From Felis catus (lineage: Eukaryota), in the NCBI RefSeq assembly GCF_018350175.1, contig NC_058369.1:8682001-8746000 (forward strand): 64,000 nt of DNA. Direction: 5' to 3'. This document shows, piece after piece, positions 22,745 to 35,232 of the stretch. The notes below the pieces were generated by a model that was not told the DNA's origin, searched no databases, and saw only the letters and a program-made list of their open reading frames with translations. Numbering within the stretch: position 1 is the first letter of the stretch; each line of letters opens with the position of its first letter. A program made the position numbers and the translations under genes.

Positions 22745-24898
22745 GGGGCCCCGGGGTGGCTCACTGGGTTAAGCATCCCGCTCTTGATTTCCGCCCAGGT
22801 CAGGATCCCAGGGTCCTTCCGTGGAGCCCCGCTTGGGCTCCACGCTGAGCGTGGGGGGCCTGCTTAAGATGCCCTCTCTCTCCGTCTCTCTCCCTCTCTC
22901 TCTGCCCCCCTCCCCCGCTTTCTTTTTCAAAATAAATAAAATGGGTGTGAGGGCGGTAAAGTCAAATCTTCCCTTAAAGATTAATTCCAAATAGGGTAAG
23001 TTGAAATGCTCGGTCCCGCAGCTAGAACTCAACCCTTCCTGCCTCCTTTTCCATGTGGGTTGTACTCAGAAGAGGTAGTGACTCTCCTTCAAAGAATAAA
23101 GTGTGGCAAAGCAAAAGACAGGAACCTTACCGCGGAGACACCTGACAGACACCATCTTAACCAAATGGTCCAAGCTCACTAAAAAAGTGTGCTTTGAAAA
23201 CGGGCATGATCAGGGGCGCCTGGGTGGCTCAGTCGGTTAAGCGTCTGACATGATCTCACTGTTTGTGAGTTGGAGCCCTGCATCAGGTTCTGTACTGATG
23301 GCTCAGAGTCCGGAGCCTGCTTCGGATTCTGTGTCTCCCTCCCTCTCTGCCCCTCCCCTCCTTGCGCTCTCTCTCTCAAAAATAAACATTAAAAACATTT
23401 TTTTCCGATCTCACCGACCGTGAGTTCGAGCCCCGCGTCGGGCTTTGGGCTGATGGCTCAGAGCCTGGAGCCTGCTTCCGGTTCTGTGTCTCCCTCTCTC
23501 TCTGCCCCTCCCCCGTTCATGCTCTGTCTCTCTCTGTCTCAAAAATAAGTAAGTAAACGTTAAAAAAAAAATTAAAAAAAAACACATTTTTTTTAAAAAA
23601 TGAAAATGGGCATAATCCAAGGAAGGTAAAGTTTGATTGAACGGGCATTGAACACCCACTGTAATGCCCAGGACTGGCTGACTCAGCAGCAGTGAACAGG
23701 ACAGACCGGAATTCCTGCCCTGTTGGGGCTGACATGCTAGGGAAATTCATACTCTAGCTGTTTGTTAATTGCTTTCCTTTCTTTGGGGGTGGGGTGGGGT
23801 GTTCTCTTTCCATTTTATATTCCATGTACTGTTTGGATTTTTGTTTGAGAAGTCTTGTTAGCAGGAGCACCAAGGTGGCTCAGTCAGTTAAGCGTCCAAC
23901 TCTGGCTCAGGTCATGATCTCGTGGTTTGTGAGTTCAAGGCCCCCATTGGGCTCTGTGCTGACAGCTCAGAGCCTGGAGCCTGCTTGGGATTCTGTGTGT
24001 GTCTCCCTCTCTCTCTGTCCCTCCCCTGCTTGCACTCATGTACATGCATGCACATGCTCTCTCTCTCAAAGTAATAAACATTAAAAAATTTTTTTAAGAA
24101 AAGTGTTGTCAGTGAAGAAAGAAAGGAAGAAAGAAAGAAAAAAGTCTTGTTATTTTATCAGCAGAAATCAATGCAGACTTCCTCTCACCATCCCTGTATG
24201 TTAAAATGTAAACTCAGGGGGCACCTGGGTGGCTCAGTTGGTTAAGCATCTGACTTCGGCTCGGGTCATGATCTCACAGCTCATGGGTTTGAGCCCACGT
24301 GGGGCTCTGTGCTGACAGCTCAGAGCCTGGAGCCTGGAACCTGCTTTGGATTCTGTGTCTCCCTCTCTCTCTGCTCCTCCCCTGCTCTCAAAAGTAAATA
24401 AACATTAAAAATTTAAAAAGAAAAAAAAGTAAATTCAGGAAACAAAGACCTCACTCCAGATTCAGGGCAATGGGTGTTTTCTGGGGAGACCACAAGACAA
24501 TGCAGTTGGGGCTGGGGACGAGGGGGATTGGGGAGGTAGGTTCTATTTTATCCCTACTGTTTTCTTTTACCAAAAAAGGGGGGGGGAAATTACCCAAAGC
24601 ATTTAGGACTAAGTGTTAACATTTGCTTTTTTTTTTTTTTTAAGTTGATTTATTTATTTTGAGAGAGAGGGAGAGACAGATCCCAAGCAGGCTCTGCTCT
24701 GTCAGTGCAGAGCCCGACTCAGGATTCGAACTCACGAACTGTGGGATCATGACATGAACCGAAACCAAGAGTCTGTCACTTAACCGACTGAGCCACCCAG
24801 GCGCCCCAACGTTTGTTTCTTTATGTGGAGGGCACAGGGGTTTTAGGAGCTATCTTCTCTGCATTCTGTGTGTGTGTATTTTTTTTAAGTTTATTTAT

Positions 24899-24932
<34 letters not shown>

Positions 24933-26075
24933 GAGTGCAGTGGGGGAGGGGCAGAGATAGAGGGAGAGAGAATCTGAAGCAGGCTCTGCATTGTCAACAC
25001 AGAGCCGGATGTGGGGCTTGAACTCAGGCACCGGGAGATCATGACCTGAGCCAAAGTAGGATGCTTAACCGGCTGAGCCACCCCGGCGCCTCTGTTCATG
25101 TATTTAGTGTGAGATCACACAACATTATCGTTATTATCTTTTTGTAACACGTGGTCTTTATAAAAAAGTAACAAAATACTGAACAATAGAAAGAAAATAT
25201 GACACTCGCCAGTGACACTCTTGCCCAGAGAGTTACTACCCATTAATTTTTTTTCTGTCAATTTTTCTTTTTCTTTTTTTTTTTCAACGTTTATTTATTT
25301 TGGGGACAGAGAGAGACAGAGCATGAACGGGGGAGGGGCAGAGAGAGAGGGAGACACAGAATCAGAAGCAGGCTCCAGGCTCTGAGCCATGAGCCCAGAG
25401 CCCGACGCGGGGCTCGAACTCATGGACTGCGAGATCGTGACCTGGCTGAAGTCGGACGCTTAACCGACTGCGCCACCCAGGCGCCCCTCTGTCAATTTTT
25501 CTATGCCTACGTTTGTCTTCAGAAAAATGAGATACTAGTGAGACTTACCATTCTATAGCTTTTTCAAGTGTTAACATTTCCCATATTTTTTTAAATGAGA
25601 ACAATGCAAAAGCTTGGGCACACGATGAACTAAACCAGACTCAGGGGCGCCTGGGTGGCGCAGTCGGTTAAGCGTCCGACTCTTGGTTTCAGCTCAGGTC
25701 GTGATCTCACAGTCGGTGAGATCGTTCGCGAGATCGAGCCCTGCATCGGGGTCTGCGCTGACAGCGTGGAGCCTGCTTGGGATCCTCTCCCCCACCCCTG
25801 CCCCTCTCCCGCTCGCGTGCACACGATCCCGCGCGCTCTCTCTCTCTCTCAAAAATAAATCAATTGGGGCGCCTGGGTGGCTCAGTCAGTTAAGCGTCTG
25901 ACTTCGGCTCAGGTCATGATCTCACGGTCCGTGAGTTCGAGCCCCGCGTCGGGCTCTGTGCTGACGGCTCAGAGCCTGGAGCCTGCTTCGGATTCTGTGT
26001 CTCCCTCTCTCTTTGCCCCTCCCCTGCTCACGCCCTCTCTCTCTCTCTCTCTGGAATAAATAAAAATAAAAAAAT
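22745..26075. mobile_element. Dense cluster of about 10 CAN-SINEs in both orientations
   Basis: Repeated ggggcgcctgggtggctcagtcggttaagc heads with (CT)n/poly(A) tails; the 25269-25487 copy has TSD TCTGTCAATTTTTCT. Confidence 0.9.
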
Positions 26076-27660
26076 TTTTAAATAAATAATGAATGAACAA
26101 ACTTAAAAAAATTACACAAAATAAACCAGGCTTTGTGCAGAGCATGTAACGAGACCTCACGCATTCCTGGCTTTATGTCTCTGGTCACCTCCTGCGCTCT
26201 CAATGAGCTCTTACCCTTCCACCGGCCCGGCCGAGCCCTGTTCTGTGGCGGTGGATGGGGACTTGGCTCACTCCCGCCTTGCTTCCCAACACCAACGTCA
26301 ATCCCATGGTTGAGTTCCTCCTTTGACTTCTGGAAGCCCTGCCCCCCCCCCCCTTCCCCTCTCTCCTTGCAGCCTCTCACCCTTCCTGGAACAGAAGCTC
26401 ACTCCGACCTCAGGGCCTTGGCTCTGGCCATCCCGCCTGCTACAAGGCTCTTCCTTCCCCAGATATGCCGGGTGGGGGCTCCCCCCGTCGTCGTGCTCAA
26501 GTTCCTGTAACTTCACTAAAACGCACCCCGCCCCCACCTGACTCCTCTCACCCTCCGCACCCTCCCTAGCCCTTATCACTCTGCCTGCCTGACACACCAC
26601 ACACCTGTTTATCTTGTTTTCTGTCTGTCTCCCTCCCACAACGAGCTCTTCGGGGACAAGAACTTCCTTGGTCTTGATCACGGCTATGTCTCTGGCATCT
26701 AGAATCTGGAACACACAAGGGCTGTTTCCGGGGAATTATTTGGGGGAATGGTGGAATGAAGGAATGCCCTTTTCGGACACACCCTTCCCTCCTGTCTGCG
26801 CGCAGCCTCCCCCCCTGCTCTCCTGGCCTCATCTCTCCAGTGGGTTCCACCAGATCTCTTACACCTGGCTTCAGGTCTAACCTTGTTGTTGTTTATAATC
26901 CACCCGGGACACAACTCTTGGAGATATTTCATTGACCCCCGATTACATTCTGCGTCCCGCTCCTGTCTAGGTAGTGCTCAAGTCACTCTAAGGACAACTA
27001 ATTCCCACCACAGGGCCTTTGCACTTGCCTTTCCCTCCACCGGGCCACTCTCCCTCATCTTGTTATTGAGCACTTGGCTCAAATGCCACCTCCTCAGACT
27101 ATCCTGACCTCTTGGCTCGGTTAGCAGCCCCATCACCCACTCCCCTAATCTCTACTGTTGCCAACCACCCCTCCCCACCTCCCCACTGGGCGTTCCCATG
27201 AAAGCAGATCTGATTGGACAACGGGACATTCGGTGGGGGCGGATGGGGGCACAGTGTTAGCATTCCTTCTGACAAGAGCAGGTCAGCGAAGGGAGGTGTG
27301 CACCACACCGCCATGGCTAAAGGGGACACAGGAACAAGATCCTGGAGCCATGGAGTGTGGACCTGCTCCGGAGGTGACAGGTTTGGAGGATGGGTCCTGA
27401 GCTGCGTTTTTACAAGATCAGTCTGGAAACAAGCAAGACAAAGACAGATCTGTGTGTGTATCATCTATTTGTTTATATCGATTCATGTCTAATTTAGCAG
27501 TCTATGCATCCATTTGTCTATTTCTCTATCTCGACTTTATCTATCTATCTACCCATCCATCTGTCACACTATATCATGAATCAGAACTACAAGTGCTGGT
27601 GGCTGTACCCCAAGAAGAGTTTCTGATGCCAACAGGAACCCAATTAAAAATGGCACCCCG

Positions 27661-28051
27661 ACGTCCGACTTCGGCTCAGGTCACGATCTCGCGGTCCGTG
27701 AGTTCGAGCCCCACGTCGGGCTCTGGGGTGATGGCTCGGAGCCTGGTTCCTGCTTCCGATTCTGTGTCTCCCTCTCTCTCTGCCCCTCCCCCATTCATGC
27801 TCTGTCTCTCTCTGTCTCAAAAATAAATAAAACGTTAAAAAAATTAAAAAAAAATATGGCACCCCGGGATGCCCGGGTGGCTCAGTCGGTTGAGCATCTG
27901 ACTTCAGCTCAGGTCATTATCTCATGGTTCGTGGGTTTGAGCCCCTCTGCTATTGGCTCAGAGCCCGCTTCGGATCCTCTGTCCCCCCCAACCCGCCCCC
28001 TCTTCTGCTCAGTCTCTCTCTCTCAAAATAAGTAAGCTTAAAAAAAAAAAA
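27661..28051 (+). mobile_element. 5'-truncated young CAN-SINE directly in front of an older CAN-SINE
   Basis: Duplicated ATGGCACCCCG flanks the first copy. Confidence 0.85.
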
Positions 28052-28622
28052 GGTATCCCTAGAGGGGATTGCTATGGGAAATTATTACTTTCTACTTTAT
28101 TCGTTTCTGTATTGAGTTTGTCTTTACAAACTGTAAGCTGGTGACGTGTCTGTGGCCAGGAAAACCATGGTCACCTGAATAATCATTCTGATGAAAGCAC
28201 AGGTGGTTGTTGGTGAAGGGTGAGCCCAGAGCAAGGGGGCTGGCATCTTGGCATTGGTGCTCCAGGATGGCTGTTCAAAGGTGGTTGAGCCCGGGGGCTC
28301 TGTGGCCATCTGCCCGGGTTCAGATGCCAGCACATAGGCTGTTATTTAGCTGTGTGACTGGGGGCTAAAGACTTTACCTCTCTGTGTCTTATTTCTTCAT
28401 CTTTAACACAGATGGTGTTACAGTTGTTCAACACAGGGTGTTGTGTCGATCAAAAGACCCGCCGCGGATGGAATGTGCGGGACGGTACCTTGTACCTAAC
28501 GAGGACTAGCTACAAGCAGTTACCAGAGTTTATTGTCATCGCTATTATGTGTGTTATTGGCATAGACTAGGGCAGTGGCAATTTGGATAAACTGAACGTG
28601 TTCAAGAGGCAGAAATGATCAG

Positions 28623-28741
28623 TTGGGGGACCAACCTCTCATCTCAGTTTGGCTGGGACTTCCCTGACTTTAGCCCCAAAGGCCCCACCGCCCGAGAACC
28701 CTCAGTCTTGGGTGAGAACGGGAGGACAGTTGGTCACCCTA
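28623..28741. mobile_element. MER94-like hAT (Blackjack) miniature element
   Basis: Imperfect terminal inverted repeats tgggggaccaac ... gttggtcacccta and an internal gggacttccctgactttagc segment. Confidence 0.65.
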
Positions 28742-31177
28742 AGCTAAATCTTGGGTCCCAGTGGTGAGGAGGAGAAATCTCTGGCAACTCCTTAGCTCTT
28801 GAGCCCGGGAGTGAGAAGCACCCCGAGGAAGAGACAGACTGAGGGTCAGGATCAGTGTTTGAGGAAGTAGGCAAATCCCAGTGTGCACGTACTGAGTCTG
28901 AGGGGGCCTCTTGCCCGTCTGGGTGAGAGAAGAGATGTTTTCCTGTGGGCAGCACAGGACAGAGGTCCCCGCATTTTGTTCTGAAATATTTCCAACGTAC
29001 AGCCCAGTTCAAAGGATTGTGCAATCGCACGGCGAATGCCCTCACGCTCCTCGATACGGTAATTAACACTCACGCTCCTAGATACGGTAATTAACATTTG
29101 AATGTATTTGCTCTGATCCCTGCCCCTCCGGCCATCTTACGTTTTACTCATTTTAATACGTCACGGACACCGGCACTCTTCCCTCCCCAAGCTTCAGTGC
29201 TTCTTCTATGAACTGGAGTTCAATGTTTGTTGACCGTTCTTTTCTTCGATGTGAAATTTACATACAATGATGTGGACAAATCCCAAGTGTACCTTGCCCC
29301 GCGTGTGTCTCGTAAACCTCGGCTAGAGCCATTAAAGGAATAGCTTATTCACCCCCAGTGAGAGTCAAAGCAAACACTTCAGAATAACCAGAGGCAGCTA
29401 GGGCTTCGCCGCTTGCCGAGCCTTTGTCTGTGACCTGGAGCAAGTGACTTAACCTTTCTGGGCCTCGGCTTCTCGGCTCTGAAATGGGACTAGGAAGGGT
29501 ACCCACCTGAGGTCAGATGTCATTGTTGCGGATATGAAACGAATTGATCTATGTAGAGACATCGGGGAGGGCCTGGGCCCCAGGAGGTGCCGTGGAGACA
29601 CTCACTGTTAACATTACCCAGCTGCAACAAAGGAAACAGAGTTTGGGGAAGAAGAAATAACAGAGTAAACGTGTTCCTGAAAAATTTCAAAGATGGCCAG
29701 CGCCTGTCGATGTGGGATCTGCATGGGTGTGGGGAGACAGGTGGAGAGAGAAGGAGGCTGTGAGCTAAATCCTGGTCCAGCGCCTTAGAAAATCGGCAGG
29801 TGGGGGCTCCATTCACCTATGGGTGGATAGAGGGAGCCTTCCCGTTCAGAATGGTCGGTGGAAATGACCAGAGAGAGAAAGCGAGGATTCCGCAGGTGTT
29901 TGCCATTCATTACATGCTCTGCAAAAGGGCTCATCTGTTTTAATCATGTGCACTTGCTTTTGTATTTTCTTAAGTGTTTATTTTTGAGAGAGAGCGCGTG
30001 CGTGAGTGCGGGGAGGGGCAGAGAGAAAGGGAGAGAAAGAACCCCAAGCAGGTTCGGAGCCGACAGCACAGAGCCGGAAGCGGGGCTCAAACCCGTTAAA
30101 CCGAGATCATGGCCCAAGCCGAGACCAAAGAGTCGGATGCCCAACGGACTGATGCCCAACGGACTGCATTTGTAATTTAAATTTAATTTGAAAAACACAG
30201 ACACGATTCCTGCACCTGCTACAACACGGATGAACCCTGAGGACGTTATGCTGAGTGAAATAAGCCAGTTACAAAAGGTCTGTATGATTCCACTTACAGG
30301 AGGTTCCTAGGGTGGCCAAATCCGCACAGACCTAAAGTAGAAGGGTGGGTGCCTGGGGCTGGGGGAGGGGGATGGGGAATTAATGTTTCATAGGGACAGA
30401 GTCTCAGTTCTGCAAGATGAAAAATAGTCCCGGGCGCCTGGGTGGCTCAGTCGGTTGAGTGTCCGACTTCAGCTCAGGTCACGATCTCACGGTCGGTGAG
30501 TTCGAGCCCCGCATCGGGCTCTGGGCTGATGGCCCAGAGCCTGGAGCCTGCTTCCGATTCTGTGTTCCCCTCTCTCTCTGCTCCTCCCCCATTCATGCTC
30601 TGTCTCTCTCTGTCTCAAAAATAAATAAACGTTAAAAAATTTTTTTAAATTAAAAAAAAAAAAGTCCCGAAGGACAGAGGTGGTGATGTTGGCACGGCAA
30701 CGTGAAATGTAGTTAATGCCACTGAACTGTGCACTTAAAAAGGTAAAAATGGGGGCACCTGGGTGGCTCAGTTAAGCGTCCGACTCTTGGTTTCGGCTCA
30801 GGTCGCGATCTCACGGTTCATGAGAGTCTGGCTCTGTGCTAACAGCAAGGACCCTGCTGGGGTTTCTCCCTCTCTCTCTGCCCCTCCCCTGCTTGCGTGT
30901 GCGCCTCTCTCTCTCAAAATAAAATTTAAAAAAAAAAATGGTAAAGATGGCACATTTTATGTTACTTGTATTTTTACTAAAATTAAAAGCTGACACACAG
31001 AAAAGCACAGAAGGTCATCCCCCACACACCCCTGTACCTCCACATGAAGAAGCAAAGTCAACATCTGGTCGTACTTGCTTCAGATGCACATTTTCCTTTT
31101 ATGAAAGACAAAAACAGGGATGAAGTTGAACCGTTCCCCCCCAACACCCATAATTTCGATTCAGAAAGTCCCTAAAT

Positions 31178-31505
31178 AGTTGCACCCCCATGTTGATAGC
31201 AGCGCTGTCGACAATAGCCAAAGCATGGCAAGAGCCCAAATGGCCATCGGTGGATGAATGGATAAAGAAGATGTGGTTTATATATATATACAATGGAGTA
31301 TTACTCGGCAATCAAAAAGAATGAAGTCTTGCCATTCGCAACTACATGGATGGAACTGGAGGGTATTATGCTAAGTGAAATTAGTCAGAGAAAGACAAAT
31401 ATCATATGAAGTCACTCATGACTTCACAAAACAGACGAACATAAGGGAAGGGAAGCAAAAACAATATAAAAACAGGGAGGGGGACAAAACATAAGAGACT
31501 TAAAA
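31178..31505 (+). mobile_element. Carnivore L1 3' fragment
   Basis: L1 ORF2 end and 3' UTR: ggatgaatggataaagaagatgtgg...gggtattatgctaagtgaaattagtcagagaaagacaaat. Confidence 0.85.
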
Positions 31506-32290
31506 AATTTTTTTTTAAAACATTTATTGAGAGACAGAGAGAGAGCATGAGCAGGGGAGGGGGAGAGAGAGAGAGGGAGACACAGAATCCGAAGCAGGCT
31601 CCGGGCTCTGAGCCGTCAGCACAGAGCCTGACGTGGGGCTCGAACCCACAAACCGGAAAATCATGACCTGAGCTGAAGTCAGACGCTTAACTGACTGAGA
31701 CACCCAGGCGCCCCTGCCATCTATAATATTTAAGCGATTTCAACCTACTACCCTTTTTTTTTTTTTTTAAGAGAGATCAGGGAGGAGCAGTGGGAGAGGG
31801 AGAGAGATTCTTAAGCAGGCTCCATGTTCAGCTGAGTCTGACACGGGACTCGATCCCACAACCCTGGGATTTTGATAAAATTAAGAGTCGGATACTCAGT
31901 CAATTGACTGAGCCACCCAGGTACCTGAACCCATCATGTTTCAAAACGGATCCAAAGGCCTATCCAGTGGCCTCTTTGCAAGTGGTGGTCCACTTACGCA
32001 GGTGTATAAGTAACAATCGCTGTAATTTGAACCAAAGGCTTCAGGGAAACTGTTTCTAAAAGTATAATTTAAATGGACTACGGGGCTCGTGGGTGGCTCA
32101 GTCGGTTAAGTAAGTATCTGACTTCGGCTCAGGTCATGATCTTGCGGTGGGTGAGTTCGAGCCTGCGTGGGGCTCTGTGCTGACAGCTCAGAGCCTGGAG
32201 CCTGTTTCAGATTCTGGGCCTCCCTCTCCCTCTCTCTCTCCCCCTCCCCCGCTCATGCCGTCTCTTGCTCTCTCAAAAATAAATAAACAT

Positions 32291-32292
32291 GA

Positions 32293-32360
<68 letters not shown>

Positions 32361-32370
32361 AAAGAAAGAA
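32291..32370 (+). repeat. (GAAA)n tetranucleotide microsatellite in a SINE tail
   Basis: About 17 perfect GAAA units after the CAN-SINE at 32082-32290. Confidence 0.95.
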
Positions 32371-32756
32371 ACTATAGATTTACAAAGTAATCACAATGAT
32401 GGTTTTTTCTAGGCATCAAAGCTGTCCCAAACCCAGACACTGCCCTGAATTTGTTTGCTTTGAGGAACCGATAAGCCAGTGTGGCTGGACTAGAGCGAGT
32501 GAGGGGTTAAGTGGGAGGAGATGAAGACTGAGAGGTGAAGGGGGAGGGGGGGGGGACAGACAGTCTGCGCCTTGGGGGCTGCAAGGATGGGGGCTTTATC
32601 CACAGTGAGGTGGGTGCCGGGGAGAATTCTGAGCAGGGGGGCTGATCTAATTTAGATTTTGCATAATTTCTACTAGCTTGGATTTGGGGTACGGCTACCG
32701 GGTGGGATAAACTGGGTCGTAGGGGTTTCTCCTTTACCCATTAAAAAAACCCCAAA

Positions 32757-32758
<2 letters not shown>

Positions 32759-32823
<65 letters not shown>

Positions 32824-32837
32824 CGCGCGCGCGCGCG
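32759..32837. repeat. (GT)28 followed by (GC)n alternating purine-pyrimidine tract
   Basis: Directly visible; 79 nt of uninterrupted alternation. Confidence 0.95.
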
Positions 32838-33504
32838 GAGGTTTCGGCCGGGGAGCTCAGGGGACACCCGGCAGGGACCTGAACGCCGAGGTGCCTTTCT
32901 CAGACCCTTGATCTGTGTGCTGCTGCCCCTGCGTGGTCACAGCCTGAACTGCAGCCTCGTCCTGCCGACAGCGTTTCCGTTTTGGTGAGCAAAGGCTTCA
33001 TCCCGCCCCCCACCCCTGCCCCCCTGTGCCCCGCCTGGAGCGTCCTGCGATGGATCCGTCCTAGGACTGCTGCAGAGAAACTCCGAATGAGATACCCGGG
33101 GTTTCAGATGCTTTCAGAATAACCTGAGGGGCTGTAGGCTTCTTGGGAAATTGCACACTCTTATCTGTTCCGGAGAGACTCTCAGACGAGGTGCCTATGG
33201 CAGCATCTTCAAGACCCAAGGGGAGTTTTCAGGAAGGCACAAGAAGCAAGGACATCCTAGGCAGAGGGAAGGGCATGTGCAAAGCGAGGTCAAAGCGGAA
33301 CTCCTGAAACATTCCCCGCTCTCACTTGCCTTAACTGCTCCTCTCAGCTTGGGTCATGGGGTCACCATCGGAACCCACACCTAATACCTGTCCTAACTCC
33401 CCTCTTGCTCTCACCCTGACACCCTCCATGGCTACCACCCAGGGCCAGGCACCCATCACTTGGGTGGCTGTCCCGGCCTGTAATTCCTGATCATCTACTG
33501 CTGT

Positions 33505-34225
33505 CCTGAAGACGGAGCATTAGGCAAGCTGACCCCCCCCCAACCCCCGCCCACCCCCCCCAACCCCAGGTGGGATTTGTGTGACATTCCTCAGGCACTC
33601 CTGGCTGCCCAAGAGCAAAGGAAAGGAGAAAATAAATGGTTAACTGATAGAGATCACAGTCATGCAGGACAGGAGTCTCCATCAGTTTACAAACGTCTCG
33701 GTAAATTACAAGAAAAAGATAATCCTATCAATAGCCTAATCTCCAGAAACCTATGGGCTCAGTTTCCTGGAGCCCCAACATCACCCTCCCCTCCACAGCG
33801 ATGTGGGGGAACAAAGGCAAGAAGAAACTGGCGGGTGAAATTAAATTTCTTTATAACCCGCAGCCCATTGACAAATACTTGAGGCAAATACAGAGCATAA
33901 CGGTTCTCCAGCAACTTCCTACTGTCTTTTTTTTTTTTTTTTTTTTTTTTTTTTGAGAGAGAGAGAGAGTATAGGCAGGGGACGATATAGGTATAGGACG
34001 ATACTGAGGCCTCCAGTATTTTAGGAGTCCTCTTTAGCACATGAAAGTCCTTCAGGAGGCCCCCATTTTGCCTTTACCCCCCCTCCCAACTCCACAATCC
34101 CAGGGCAGCTCTTTCTGCCCATGGGTCCTGTCCCCGTGCTCTAATAAAGCCACCATTTTGCACCGAAGACATCTCGAGAATTCTTGGCCATTGGCTTTGA
34201 AGCCCGACGCTTCAAACCACGCCAG
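33505..34225 (+). mobile_element. Carnivore ERV1-type solo LTR
   Basis: caggtgggatttgtgtgacattcctcaggcactcctggctgcccaaga...; AATAAA at about 34143 followed by a U5-like tail; family from recall. Confidence 0.65.
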
Positions 34226-34717
34226 TAATAACAGCAGCTACCTGGGGCGCCTGGGTGGCTCAGGCCGTTGAGCGTCCGGCTTTGGCTCAGGTCATGATCT
34301 CGCGGTTGGTGGGTTCGAGCCCCGCCTCGGGCTCTGTGCTGACGGCTTGGAGCCTGGAGCCTGCTTCGGATTCTGTGTCTCCCTCTCTCTCTGCCCCTCC
34401 CCTGCTCATGCTCTCTCTCTCTCTCTCAGAAATAAATAAACATTAAAAAATTTAAAAAAATAACAGCAGCTACCTCTATTTACATAATACCAAAGCATGT
34501 CTCATGCAGTTTAAAGGTGGCTTCAGAATGGCTTCATCACCTCCACTTTGCCAAAGGGCATGCTGAGGTTCAGAGAGCTCAGGGGACTTGTCTGAGGTCA
34601 CCAGCCTGGGTAGGAAGGCAATTCTTCCCGACTCCAAACCTCAGGCTTAACCCCAACACTCTGTGCCCTCCGTGACCCATCTCTGGTGTGAGGGGTTAAC
34701 TTCTTTGCTATTCCTCT

Positions 34718-34945
34718 GGCTTAGTCACTCAGCCTGCGATAACAGAACACCGTAAGCTGGGTGGCCTCAACAGCAGGCATTTATGTCTCACCGCTTTGGA
34801 GGCTGGGAAGTCCAAGATCAAGGTGTCAGCCGATTCAATTCTGGATGAGGGCGTTCTTCCTGACTTGCAAATGGTCACCTTCTTTCTGGGTCCTCACAGG
34901 GTAGAGGTGAACAGAGAAAGAGAGAGAGAGGGCTCCCTGGTATCT
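34718..34945. mobile_element. MLT1 (MaLR) LTR fragment
   Basis: Diagnostic tggaggctgggaagtccaagatcaaggtgtcagc. Confidence 0.8.
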
Positions 34946-35232
34946 CTTTATCTCTCTCTCTCTTTTTTTTTTTTTAAGTGAGACATCCACCATGATCTCC
35001 ACTGTGATCATGTGATGCATGATTTTAGATATGATTCTTTTTTAAGTTTATTTATTTATTTTGAGGGGAGGGAGGGGCAGAGAGAGAGAGGGAGGGAGAG
35101 AGAGAATCCCAAGCAGGCTCCACACTGTCAGGACAGAGCCCTACATGGGGCTCAAGCTCAGGAACTGTGAGATCATGACTGGGGCCGAAATCGAGTCTGA
35201 CGCTTAATCAGACGGAGCCACCCAGATGCCCA

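Noticed and set aside
23212..23300. tRNA gene-like A/B boxes
   Set aside because: tRNA-derived SINE heads followed by (CT)n and poly(A), not tRNA genes
29041..29096. CRISPR-like or other repeat-spacer array
   Set aside because: Only two adjacent units with no spacers, in a mammalian genome
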